DNA of 60,940 bases, filler included, from Porpidia crustulata (Eukaryota), in assembly GCA_964255105.1 (NCBI GenBank). It is 11 parts of 11 records of this genome, joined end to end, with 100 filler letters (N's around TTAATTAATTAA, not from the genome) between each part and the next. Parts side by side here need not be neighbours in the genome. Positions count along the whole stretch, not along the records: positions 11,129 to 16,591 come from CAXUWE010001805.1; positions 16,692 to 22,149 come from CAXUWE010001806.1; positions 22,250 to 27,706 come from CAXUWE010001807.1; 8 more parts are not named here. One strand, 5' to 3'. The stretch's first letter is position 1; every line of letters begins with the position of its first letter. A program made the position numbers and the translations under genes. The notes under the pieces were generated by a model that saw only the letters and a program-made list of their open reading frames with translations, was not told the DNA's origin and did not search any database. Positions 12,273 through 23,962 of the stretch are shown one piece after another.

Positions 12273-15200
12273 TCAAAAGTAGTTGAATCCATTCACTTGG
12301 GGGGCGCGGACGTATGATGGCGTGGGCTGATGTACAGAGTCTGGACTGGAGTTTGAGATGAATGGTGAGAAACCGTTGGTTCCGTTGCTAAAGGTCTGCG
12401 AATGGGCAGCTGACCCGTTTGTGCTAGCTGGCAAATAGGATGTCATGTTGTTCATATTGCCGTTGCTAACGCTGCCATTGCTCATGTTGCCGTTGCTCTG
12501 ATAGATAGTATGTGTGGGATTGACGTATGAGCCGTTCAATCCCTGGAACCCATTGACGGCCGAAGTTGGATACGTAGGTACAGTGGTAGTGTTCATCTGC
12601 CTCGGCAGAGGAATTTGTCCCGGGGCAGAAGTGTCATTCGGAGTCGCACCACCGCTGAGGCGACCTTGACCTTCGTTTCCAAAGATGCGGCCATGGATTC
12701 GTCGCCCATAAGGAGTTGAACGAACAGCTGGCAGGATGGGACGGATAGCCTCGACTAGTCGAGATTTCGTGTCAGAGTCGGCATAGTCCAAAGCTGTTTG
12801 GACCACGTAATTGGCAAAGGAATCGCGGAGCATCTTTTCTAGCTCGTTCGCGTTCAGCATTTCCTCAATCATCATACGAGTAACGCTCGACTGCGCGCCA
12901 CGAAGACATTTCTCCATGACATTTGAGCTGAATTTTTGTTTCGACAACAATGGAATGCTTCCCTGGAAGCTGTAGCACAGGGGATCGGTAAAAGCAGGCT
13001 CGGCAAGGTCTACAATGTATTGCAACACGTAATTTCCAAAAGGATCCTGAACAAGTGAGAAGGCATTCGCGGTGATCTGGCTGATGAGTTGAGCTTTCTG
13101 GTGACCAGATGCATGGTCTATGCAACGCTGCAAAACACAGCAGCCGTGACGGTGGGTTCCAACAACAACACAATTGGTGCCAACAGCATCGAAGATGAAC
13201 TACGGGAAATGAGTTATCACGTATGAGCTTGGTGGGATGTTGCAATATACCTGAGCGTCTTCCGGGGAAAGATGATTAAGACACTTTTGAATGACATGGT
13301 TGCCATTAAGATCTTGGATCAGCTCAACCACTCTATCTTTCAAAGCTTCAATAATGGTTTGAATCTCGCACAAGTCAGTGAAAGATCCTACTCATGGGTG
13401 ATATCAGACATACCTGCTCTCGCGTGGAGATGAACTCGATCATCTTCTGTAACGCACGAGTCCCGTGTTGATTAAGGGCAATTTTGACCATCTGTGGGGA
13501 GGCATTATTGATCAAAACTGTACGTTGATCATCGTTTGAAAACTCGAGCAATTTCTGGCACATATAATTGCCAAAGGGATCTAAGTCGGTCAGTGATGCG
13601 TACCGGCTCCGAAGATTTCAATCCGTACCAGTCATCAGTTCTATCACATGCTGGTTTGTTTCAACAAAAATCAAATGCACGTGTTCGGGATCGCGCTCTT
13701 CTAATTTCTTCTGCAGATAGCGGCATCCATGCTGATCCTTGCACAAGCCATAGATTTCGCCTTGAAGATGCTCTAGCTTGACGTTGATAAAGCGAGCGTT
13801 CTCTTCTCCGTTCTGTAGGCGACGTTGCTGAATTACCCTAGCTTGGCTGTCGGCAAAGCGGCCTGGAGCTCCATAGTTTGGGTACTGAGAGAAGGGACTC
13901 TGAGACTGGTACGCCTGCATTGGGTTATTGAAAGGTATGGGGCTTGCCACATGCAATGGGTTCATTCCCATGTTCACAAGTTGCATCCCGTATCCACCGT
14001 AATAGGCAGGGCTTGGATACTGGGTCATACCGTTCAGATGGTTCACGGTGCTGGGGATCGATTCGGCCGGTGAGGCTGCAGTCGCGGACGGACCAAAAGG
14101 AGCCGCACTGGCTTGGAGTCCTGACTGGAAGTAGCCATAGGCATTGCTCTGTTCCTCCCGACGACCTTCACCCCCAGATAATTCGCGGCTGTGTCGGTTA
14201 TTAGCGGCATTGCTGACAGCGCTGCTGACCACGTTATTGGTGATGACGCCATTTCCAACCGCGTGGGCTGGGATGCGACCCAGGCTGGCGTTGTGGTTAT
14301 GAAAGTGTTGCTGCGCGTGCGTCTTGGGCGGAGTGATTGTGCTTGCCAGGCTAGTTGTGTTCTTCACGGTAGGAATATCATTGGTGGAATATGATGACTG
14401 GATGTTGGCTAATGTGGGACGGGTCGAGGCCGTGTCTTCAGACAGAGTCAGTCCCGCCAAGCTCGACTGAGCATACGATGCCAGCGTTGCCTCCATTGAG
14501 TGTCGATTGAGCTGACGTGAGCTGCCAATGGCTTCGGGCGACTTCTGAGTTCCGTTCTGCGGAGTAACATTGCTAGAATTACCATTCGAGACATGGCCGA
14601 AGGTATTTTGAGGAAGGCTAGATTGGGAAGAGCGATGACGAGCAAATGGTGTCCACCCATTCACTTGGGCTTCCGGTCCGGGGGACTGCGAAAGCGCCAA
14701 ATCCAGCGCAGCCGATGAAGCCGATAGCTGCAAAGACACGTTAGCGTAATCGAAATCCAAGTCAAAGCTCTACTTACAAGGTTGGGGTAGTCATCTCGAC
14801 GAACCAAGATTGGAAATTTATCATCGGTTGCATTCATTTGAAGGTAGCTCTTCACGTCCGGCGAAGTCGCCGACTCCTTTTTCGATGCCTCATCATCATC
14901 CCCAAATAGGAAGCCTGTGGTATTGATATGGCCCAATCCATTGGTTGAAGCGTATTCAGAGTTGGCTCCGTTGGTGCGTACTCTAGACCCTGTCACCGGC
15001 ATGGAATAGCGATTTTTGCTAATCACCGAGTCAGTCTGAAATCGAGTGTATATACCTATATACATAATGTTTGCCCGATCGTAAAAGCGTCATATCTAGA
15101 AACTTGAGACCGCAAAGTCAAGGCCAGGCGGAGATATGAAGTGGACAGGAAGAGAGACTAGAGGCAGGGCGATAGACATTACGACGACTTCTAGGGTAAT

Positions 15201-16146
15201 TGACTTACGCTGCTCCGCCACGCTGTACCGTCGTACTCATCTCAGGTACGTAGCCTGCAATCTTGTCACTTGAACCGCGCCTAGAGCCTGGTACAGACTT
15301 GGATGGGAGAGTATCCGAGTTGATGTGATTATGAAGCGTTTGTGCCAGCTCGGAGGGTGGAGATGTTAGCTGGGAACCTGAACGACTGGTACGATTATTC
15401 AATCCTGGGGGCGACGTCAAGCTCGAGGCTGAGTAGCGATTGGTCCGGGAGAATACTGAAGGATAGACATGGTCTCGATACTCTGGCGGCGTTGTGGGCT
15501 CACTCTGGTGTCCGGCAGATAAATTGACTCGATGCAATTCTTGTGCCATCTGATCCAGCTCTTGTTTCTCTTTCGCCTGCTGTATATTGAAGATTTCTAG
15601 CTCTGCTTCGAAGCGTCTTCGCTGTTCTCGTAACATTTCGTACTCTACACGTTTCTTCTCGAGCTAGTGTAGATTAGCATTAGCTCTTAGGACGGAGAGC
15701 ACGAACGGAAACAGTTCGCTCAGATGCGAATCGAGAGGAGAATGAGTTGTGGGAGAAATGCTTGGCCTTACAAGTTGGACCTTGTGAAGAGTCTGGAAGA
15801 GGGGTATATTAGTAAGTCATTGTGAATGTGGAGTCAAAAACGTGTGCGGCTATGAGCGGTGAAGTGCCCTACTCACCGTTGATGATATCTCAATCGGCTC
15901 CGCCGCCTGGCCCTGGCTTGGTTGTTGGCCAATGGGTGTCAATGTTGACATTTTGCTCAAATCCGTGGTGAAGCGGCGTTGCAAGCTTGCTCGAGTATCA
16001 TTCGATGGTTGCGAGTGACTGGTCATAAAACTCCCACTGTAGCGAGAGGGGGTGGTGTAACCGCTGTTGTTTTCACTTGAAGTTGCTTGAGGATTTTTGG
16101 ATCGTAAGTCATCAAGTCGACTGGTGAGGGAATTGTTGAAGGCCAT
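12273..16146 (-). CDS. PUF4: Pumilio/PUF RNA-binding protein, Puf4/Puf5(Mpt5) clade
   Basis: Multi-exon gene, including a 21-nt exon 15772-15792. PUF repeats CKDQHGCRYLQKKLE, DPFGNYMCQK, NQHGTRALQK, DLNGNHVIQK, HRHGCCVLQRCID, DPFGNYVLQY, QKFSSNVMEKCL, DSFANYVVQT; low-complexity S/N-rich N-terminus. Confidence 0.9.
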
Positions 16147-17064
16147 GCTGGTCTATGATCATGCTAGTGAGTATGAGCCTCGTCGTACTTTGGACATGTC
16201 CCCATCAAGAATGAAGATGAAGATGTCGAATGAAGCATGCGCTGGGCGGTGAGGATGAAGCAACGAGACGACTCAGGGCCTGTCCGAATTGACTTTGTTG
16301 TGAATGCAGACAATAGAAAGGATTGAACCCACTATCAATAATGTCGATTTCGAGGAAAGCTCAATTGCTCAGCCAAATGACCTGCAGTGGGTCGGCCTGC
16401 GAAGCCCCTGCGGTGCTACAATTGCTGGAGCGGTACCACTTTCCAAGAGCGTCCCAATGTTCACATAAGATGGCCGATAGTACAAGTACAACATATATTG
16501 AGAAATGGTCGAGTGGGACGCACAAACAAGAATGAGAATTTGTTGAGAGGAGGGGGGGGGGGGAGGAATTGAGAAGAGAGAAGGAAAGATGNNNNNNNNN
16601 NNNNNNNNNNNNNNNNNNNNNNNNNNNNNNNNNNNTTAATTAATTAANNNNNNNNNNNNNNNNNNNNNNNNNNNNNNNNNNNNNNNNNNNNCCTTTTCGC
16701 GTAGTGGGAAGAATTATTGATGTTATTTTTTCAATGCTTCGAACTATCATGGCTTTTTGACATGAATTTCTGCTGATATGATATCCTTTGCAGTTTTGTT
16801 TCTTGTTTTTGTCCAACCACGGCGGTAAAGCTCATCTATTCCTTGGCTTTGAATTAACAGCGCTTGGGCGCATGTGCTGAAAGATCAGCACGAAGACCAC
16901 ACATTCAACACGTAATTCTCAAGTCATGAAAAAGAACCTACTCGTCTAGTCTAGCAATAAACTCATCGTCTAGATAAGAGTAAAGCTGATCGAAGATGTC
17001 GCTGCAGTACAACCATATTCCAACGCCGCGCTAAAGCCGTAAAGAAGGACAAGATGTTCTCAGG

Positions 17065-18798
17065 CTAGTCTTGGTAGTGCTGAAATAGCTGTGAAATGCT
17101 TTCGCCGTAATGATTGCGTCGAATGGCTTCGGAAAGCAAATTCGATAAATCCAAGATAATCAGCTTTTTGGAGGCACTAATTCGGTCGGGACATATAGGG
17201 TAGGAGTTGGTGACAACTATAGAGTCAATACATTCACACTCTTCCATCTTTTCCAGGGAATCTTCGCCGAAAAGGCCATGAGTGGCAATGCAAAAGACCT
17301 TTTTGGCGCCTCCTCGCTTCACCACCGTTTCAGCGGCGGCAATCCAAGATCCTGGCGAATCAATCATATCATCCATGACAAAAACGATCTTGTCCTTTAC
17401 ATTCCCTACTAAAGTGATAGTATGCTCTAATTCCGGATTTTTGAAGCCTTCCTCTTCGTCGGAAGCAGCAGCGGCATCAAAGGTCCCACCTAAAGCATGA
17501 TCCGGTCCCAATATTGACGCAGTAGAAAGGAACGACGAAGCCATTGGATCCTCTGAATGTGAAGGCCCGATCCCATCTCCTGGTAGTGTAGCGATCGAGC
17601 CGGACATGGTAGATATGACTGGTGACGGGAAGTCATCGTCAACAATATGTCCGTGGATTAACCTTCCAGTGATGACTTCCCGCGCGCGTTCATCGGTATA
17701 CTCATCTGTCATGTTTTCTGCAGAATCTGTGTCTTCTGTACAAGCTGCGTTTGTAGGGCCCACGTGTAGCGGGGTACGTGATGTAGGAGGTGAGGCGGAT
17801 TCGATGCGGGTGGACTGTTGTAAGGGGCTGGATCGAATGTGATTCATCTGTCGTGGAGACGACGTGTTTGGTGGTGGCACGCCATTGGCTTGCGGTCGTT
17901 CCCTGGGAGAGCTTCGAGATTGAGGTCTCGGTTCTTCAGCCGAAGCCATTGGATCCATCTGTGATTCTGCCTCTGTTTCCGCTGCCATGCTGTGACTGAT
18001 TCCGTATGCCGCGTCACCTAATCTCTCAAAGAATCCACTTCCTTCAAGGTTTGTGCTCCCATTCATTGGCATTCTTCGACGATCTGTTGTAACTAGGCCG
18101 AAGTTAAGCTTAAGGGCGTCTGCGAGAGAAGTCACGCGTTTGGTGCCTCCTGGGTTCTTGCTGACCACCACTGCATCCTTCCAGCCCGGCACGTGGTTTC
18201 GAATCCATCGGGCAATGAGGGGTTCGGCATGTAGATTATCAACTGGTTTCCCAAAGAAGCCTTGAGTTGGTGGGGCCTATTAAATTAGCATTTATTCATA
18301 TTTATTGGTGACGACTAACGTGTAAGTCCACGGTTATGACATGATGTATTCCAGCTACTGATAGGAGGTTTGCTATCATCCGCGCCGTTATAGCGCCCCG
18401 GTGTGATTTCTTCTTCGATTGACGGGAGTATGGGAAATAACTTGGCAATTTAGCTTAGGTGCAAAGGGCAGATAGGGAGACGTACGGCATTACAGCTGCA
18501 ATGGTCAGTCACGGTCTTCAAGTCCAGCAAGGGACTGACCTGTGATGGACTTTGCTGAGCCACTCTTGCATGCTGAGATCATAATCAGAAGTTCCATGAC
18601 ACTGTCGTTGATCCTACTACTACCACTTTGGACAATGAAGACGTCTTGTTCTCGAATAGAGGTGTCGATGCTGACAGAGGTCTCGCCATTACTGAACTTT
18701 TTGAGCTCGCATTTGGCTGCTTGAGTCCCGAGGCGCTCACAAATAGAATCCACAAGCAGCGGATGAGAGGAGCCTGAGAATATCTTTACATCCCGCAT
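17065..18798 (-). CDS. PRS1: Ribose-phosphate pyrophosphokinase, Prs1-type subunit with internal non-homologous insertion
   Basis: KKFSNGET, MELLIMISAC, PYSRQSKKKSHRGAITARM, VDLH, SKNPGGTKRV, TDRRR followed by a long insert, DDMIDSPGS, ATHGLF. Introns 18539-18496, 18485-18441 and about 18319-18277. Confidence 0.92.
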
Positions 18799-19673
18799 GG
18801 TAAATTTTCGAGTACTAATGCTATATATAATAAAAGTAATTCAAGGTCGTGTGCATGATAGTAGTAAAAATACGCGCTTCATTGTGTATTGTATTATATA
18901 TAATCTATTTTAGCGCCCGTAAAAATCAATTGTACACCCCACGACATCTTTGGGGTAAACATTCGATCGGACACAGGTGCACGATAATTGATGGTATATC
19001 ATTGACACAGCAGCAGAGAATAAGGAACTTCTGGATTCGTGACTGGTACGTATAAAGAAAAGTATGTTGACGCGCTCGCAGATTCCACCGCCGGCCTCAT
19101 TACCCCTTCAATGGCATTGATGAATCTGGTTATTAATAGAGGATTACCATTTGAGGCGTCGATGAGGAGTTTCCATGTGCGAAGAAAAGTACGCTGCGCC
19201 TTTCCCAACTCCTTCCGAACCGTCTACTCTTTTTCAATATACTACGTATTCTATCAAAGAGCCTATTCGCATCCAATCATTGCCGCTAGGTTCTATTTCC
19301 ACCTTGAGCTTGATCTTCCATCGGCAGAAGGAGCCTAGTACTTCTGGTCATTTTCAATGCCTTCCAACACCATTAAATATTAGTACAAAGAATTAGCAGG
19401 GTAAGACCATGCAAGAAATGTTGGATGAAGAAAGAGTTGTAAGAGCACGGCATTGTGTGCAGGATCTAAATCCGATGCCTCCGAGTTGGGCCTTCTTGAA
19501 AGCACCGCCAAGTCCGCGATTTCCCCCCAAAAGACATGATCCACTTACTGGAGGGTCAGCCTCCGCTGTCTTCTGCTACCGTTGTCGCACCGAATTCTGC
19601 TTGGCCAGGCACATAGCGAGATTTGCTACCTCCGTGGAAATGAAACTGTCTGTAGACCTAAAGCATTAAAAGA

Positions 19674-21055
19674 TTACTGTTTTCGAGCACGGCGGGGAAT
19701 CAGACGTCTAACCACTCTCTTGGTCAAAGATCTTCGAACAGGTGATGACGAGCTAATCCCATAGTCTTTGATAATCTCTGCAGGTGACACCAATCTAGCC
19801 GCACAATCTTTAATAATCTGTTCAATCTCCGGCCGCTGAAGGTATTCCCTTGTGTACCGTTCTACAAGATCCAGCTTGGCAAAATCAGCCAGGCCGATAT
19901 CTTCGACGCCAATCACAGGGTTCAGTCGATGATATTTGACCTTCTCATGCCTTGCCTTGGTCTCAAATTCTTTATGCTTTGATTCTGTGTCGGTAATCAT
20001 CTTGATAGTGTCTTTTGCTATTTGGAGATTACCCTCGGGATTATCATTACTTTGGGAGCGATGCAGCGGGTTACCAGTTCCCAGACTGTCCACGCATGAT
20101 ACTGGGTCGTTGCCATGTTGCAGCAACTTTTCGTCCCATACTTGGAGAATAGGGTTATTATGGGTTAGTGCACCATCCCAGTATTTCTTTCCGTCAACCA
20201 AAGCTGCATCAAAATACAAAGGGGCCGCAGAGGTAGCCCGCGCTGCTTCCCAGATCTTGAATCTTTCGGATTCTGGAGGTAGACCGCTTGGGAGATTGTG
20301 GGTGCATACTCTCAAGGTGGCATGCATACGCTTCTCGAATGCACAGACAAACCTGAAAGATTATTAGTCGCTATACTCGCTAAAGGATTAGTTGCTGTTT
20401 GGCCCCACTGACATCTTATTTGAATTTTCAGGTGAGTAGAACAGTGCATCCTCCGCATTATCGTTGAGCGGGGCTCTTTCTTCGGGTGGAAGATAGCGGG
20501 TCACGATTTTCTTCATCGCAGCCTCTAAATTCTTTGCTTTGAACAGCGGCTTATTGTTCAGCAGCTTCCCTGCATGGCCTGCCCATGTGAGGTGGTTCTT
20601 GAAGATGTAAGACCGAGTTTTAAAGATGATTGGGGAAAGCCGTCGAAATTCAATATCGCAGTCGTGGTATGCATTTGCTTAGAGTTTCGTCAGTGTCACA
20701 GACGAGTTATGACATGGGGCGTAAACTAACAAGGCGAAATAGCATGATTGCTACAAGTCTATTGAGATTCGAAGATCAGCCACAAGTAGACATTTTGGCG
20801 GTCTTTCCAGACTTGCCCTCCAGTGCTTATTCCCCCTACCAAATCGAAATAGTCGCATGGATAATATCTGGATTGAACACCTCTTTCAGACTCCAGTATC
20901 CTAACTTCTTCCATGATTCTGTCTAATATGAGAAGGCTACAAAGACCACGGACGCCACCGCCATCTGTAAAAGATTAGCATGTAATGCACCACAAAGAAT
21001 CTTACTTCTTACCGAGGCTCAGGAGCCGCAAAGGTCCTGGGCGACGGTGAGCCAT
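19674..21055 (-). CDS. Patatin-like phospholipase (PNPLA), possibly frameshifted or pseudogenised
   Basis: Spliced reading MAHRRPGPLRLLSL-DGGGVRG ... FDLVGGISTG-GLVAIMLFRL; WEAARATSAAPLYF; WDGALTHNNP. GC-AG intron 20816-20759; frame break near 20655. Confidence 0.85.
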
Positions 21056-22084
21056 GAGCTGCTAATGTGCTGAAGAGGATAGTCGTGCTCATAGGCGGAT
21101 GCAAGATGGTAGACTCGATTGACTTTCTTGATATTGAGTTGTCTCTCTGAATTATGCAGAATAATGAGATATGACTGGACATGTTGCCACGTTTTATCCT
21201 GTTCAAGCAACAAGGTAGAAGTATTCTTTCTAATCCTGAGGTTACACCAAGCAACACCCAGCCCTTGACACTGGCCTAGAACCTATTGCTCTGTCGTCAT
21301 TCGGGAATCAGGCTACTATCGCTGATGTCCTGCTGGATCTTTCGAAGCTACTAAGAGAGAGGTACGCCATCCATTCCGTAAGCCTCCATTACTTTGCGCA
21401 ATCGCCTTGCGAATGTGAGGCGGGAAGCTGAGGAAGGTTGTAGGGAATACTGGTAGGACTGCTCGATATTAGTCATTACTGAAACCCGAGAGGACTAGAT
21501 CATTAGCAGCAAGTCATCCGGCGGTTGTTGATCCCACGAGGCTGTATAAGGAGATCTTCATCCATCGCGTGTGCATAAGGCTGTGTGCACTGTGGCTTGC
21601 ATGTACAGTTGCCTTGTTCGCCTTTCCTATCGGTAGCCAGGTCGACTATCAACTATCCAGAAGAATGGTTACCAACACAGCGATATTCAAGTTTACCCGA
21701 ATCGTATGTTTCTTTCTTCCATCTCACGAGTGCCGCACTCGAATTCAAGACCATAATCGTCCAATCCTGCAAATACGAGGAGTCTCAGAGGCGAATTGGA
21801 AAATCAAAATCGCTTCATCTACATATCCCCGTGCTGAGAGTCTCGAGAATAAAATGAAATTCGACCAAGGCAGTCATGTCAATGAAACCATCCATGGGAG
21901 CCTTGGGGGAACAAAAGAACACCTATTGATACAGTATTCCAACTACGCTTTACATTGCCTAATGTCAAACGCCAGAGACCTGACCTGATTTCTCCGCAAC
22001 TAACCGGCAAAGAAGCCCACAATCAGAAACTAACAATCTCTCTCATTAGAAAGAAATAAACATCAGTCCCGTGATATCCTTCTC

Positions 22085-22111
22085 ACCTACCTACCTACCT
22101 ACCTACCTACC
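22085..22111 (+). repeat. (ACCT)n tetranucleotide microsatellite, about 6-7 units
   Basis: acctacctacctacctacctacctacc near the contig end. Confidence 0.9.
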
Positions 22112-22249
22112 ATCCTCTCAACCCACTATCCCAACCTTCAATCGCACACNNNNNNNNNNNNNNNNNNNNNNNNNNNNNNNNNNNNNNNNNNNNTTAATTA
22201 ATTAANNNNNNNNNNNNNNNNNNNNNNNNNNNNNNNNNNNNNNNNNNNN

Positions 22250-23254
22250 GGACTTACGGCTTGATCTTGCCCTCGCTCATGTACTCGCCGTGGCTTTCCG
22301 GACCCTGGACGAAGAGGGCGTTGAGCACGAGGCTGGCGCCATCCTCGACGGAGCGCCCGATGTACTGGTCGAACTTGCGGATGGCGAAATTGCCGTCACG
22401 GTGGATCCTGGTGGGTTCAGACGGGAGGTTAGTATTCCTTTTTTCGATTTTTTTTTGGTGTTCGATGATATAGAATTGCCCACAATGTCATCTCTAAAGG
22501 AGTACAGCATCCGAGAGTATTTGGAAGGGATAAGCCAGACGTACCCCGTGTCCACAGCGCCCGGATTAAAGTAATTCACAACAACCTCGCCGCGCGGCGT
22601 GCGTGACGCGAGCTCCCTCGCCCAGAACACATTCAGCAGCTTGGTGACGCAATACCGATCCATAGCGTCCTTGTACATATCCTCCCTGTTCAGCCGCTCA
22701 ATCGAATTCTCCGCCGCCTGCTCCACAAACTTAGTGAACATGTGCGTCTCGGCCGAGGTGAACGTCAGCCGCGACGGCGGCCCCACGTCCCCGGCGGTCT
22801 TCTTCAGCGTCGGCAGCAGCGTGAGCGCGAGCAGCGCCGTGCCGAGGTGATTCACCTGCAGGCCCGTCTCGAAGCCGCTCGCCGACGTCGACCACTCGAA
22901 CTTGAACACGCCCGCATTGAGCAGCGCGACGTCGAGCCGCGGGAGCGCGGCCGCGCGTTTGCCGATCGCCAGGACGGACTCGAAGGACTGGAGGTCGACG
23001 TCCCAAACATCGATCTTGGTCGTCGATAATGGGTGCGACTGCTGGATTGAAGTCTTGGCCGCGTCGCCCTTGGCCATGCTGCGCACCGCCAGAATCACCC
23101 GCTCGGCGCCTAGTCCGACGCACTTACGCGCCGTGCCGAGCCCCAAACCGGTGTTACCGCCCGTGATCAGGACCGTTTGGCCCTCGAGGCTGAGGGACAA
23201 GGGGAGCGAGGGGATTGAGACAAATTGGCGGAGGACAGAGCCGATTAGAGTCAT
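22250..23254 (-). CDS. Short-chain dehydrogenase/reductase (retinol-DH/WWOX-like subgroup); 3' truncated
   Basis: TGGNTGLG, LLNAGV, VNHLG, YCVTK (YxxxK), NPGAVDT; likely intron about 22541-22412. Confidence 0.9.
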
Positions 23255-23962
23255 CTTGACCAATTTCTTTTTCTGATTTGGGACACTTGTCGGTCTGCTT
23301 CTAAATTGGGATAATTGTTTGGAATTTGGGGAAATTGAGAGGATGAGGCTCGTGTTATTGAATTTATGGCATGGCTCGACGGCTCTTCACTCCGACGGAC
23401 GAGGTACTCTAAGTAGGGAATCATGATGGGAATGGAGGACGATATCAGCCGTTGTGGTAGATGGGTTGTGGTGGATAGGGAGTAAAGGTCGCTCTGCCGG
23501 CAATGATATCGTTCCGAGATCCGATAGTAGGGGAGATAATCAGGCACCAGATCTTGATTTTAACTATCGGAAATCGCGGAAATCGCGGAAATCTGATAGG
23601 ATTATTAGATAATTGCTTAGTAATTCTATCATATCTCCCGGGAACCGGATCTCGAGATCTGATTACCCCTATTATACTCTACGTTTGTATTCAAAATGAT
23701 AATAATTAACAAACAATAAATAAAAACATCGAAAACGCATAGTGAATTGTAACAGCGAATTTTGCATTCAGACGTACGCTGCCACGCTGCGTAGTTAGTC
23801 AAGATTCATTTAAAGAAGTTTAGCGAAGAACGTCGACTGGAAGAAATTTAATCACAACGTAGCCATCGACACCGTCTGAGTACTGAAGCAATATACGCTA
23901 TGATGTACAAAAGCAGGCGTAGCTCCACCTGCCCGGAGTCCCCCTTTAAACCTCTCCCACCC

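Noticed and set aside
21569..21988. 139-aa ORF with a hydrophobic N-terminus (secreted effector?)
   Set aside because: Non-ATG start, no recognisable motifs or codon bias.
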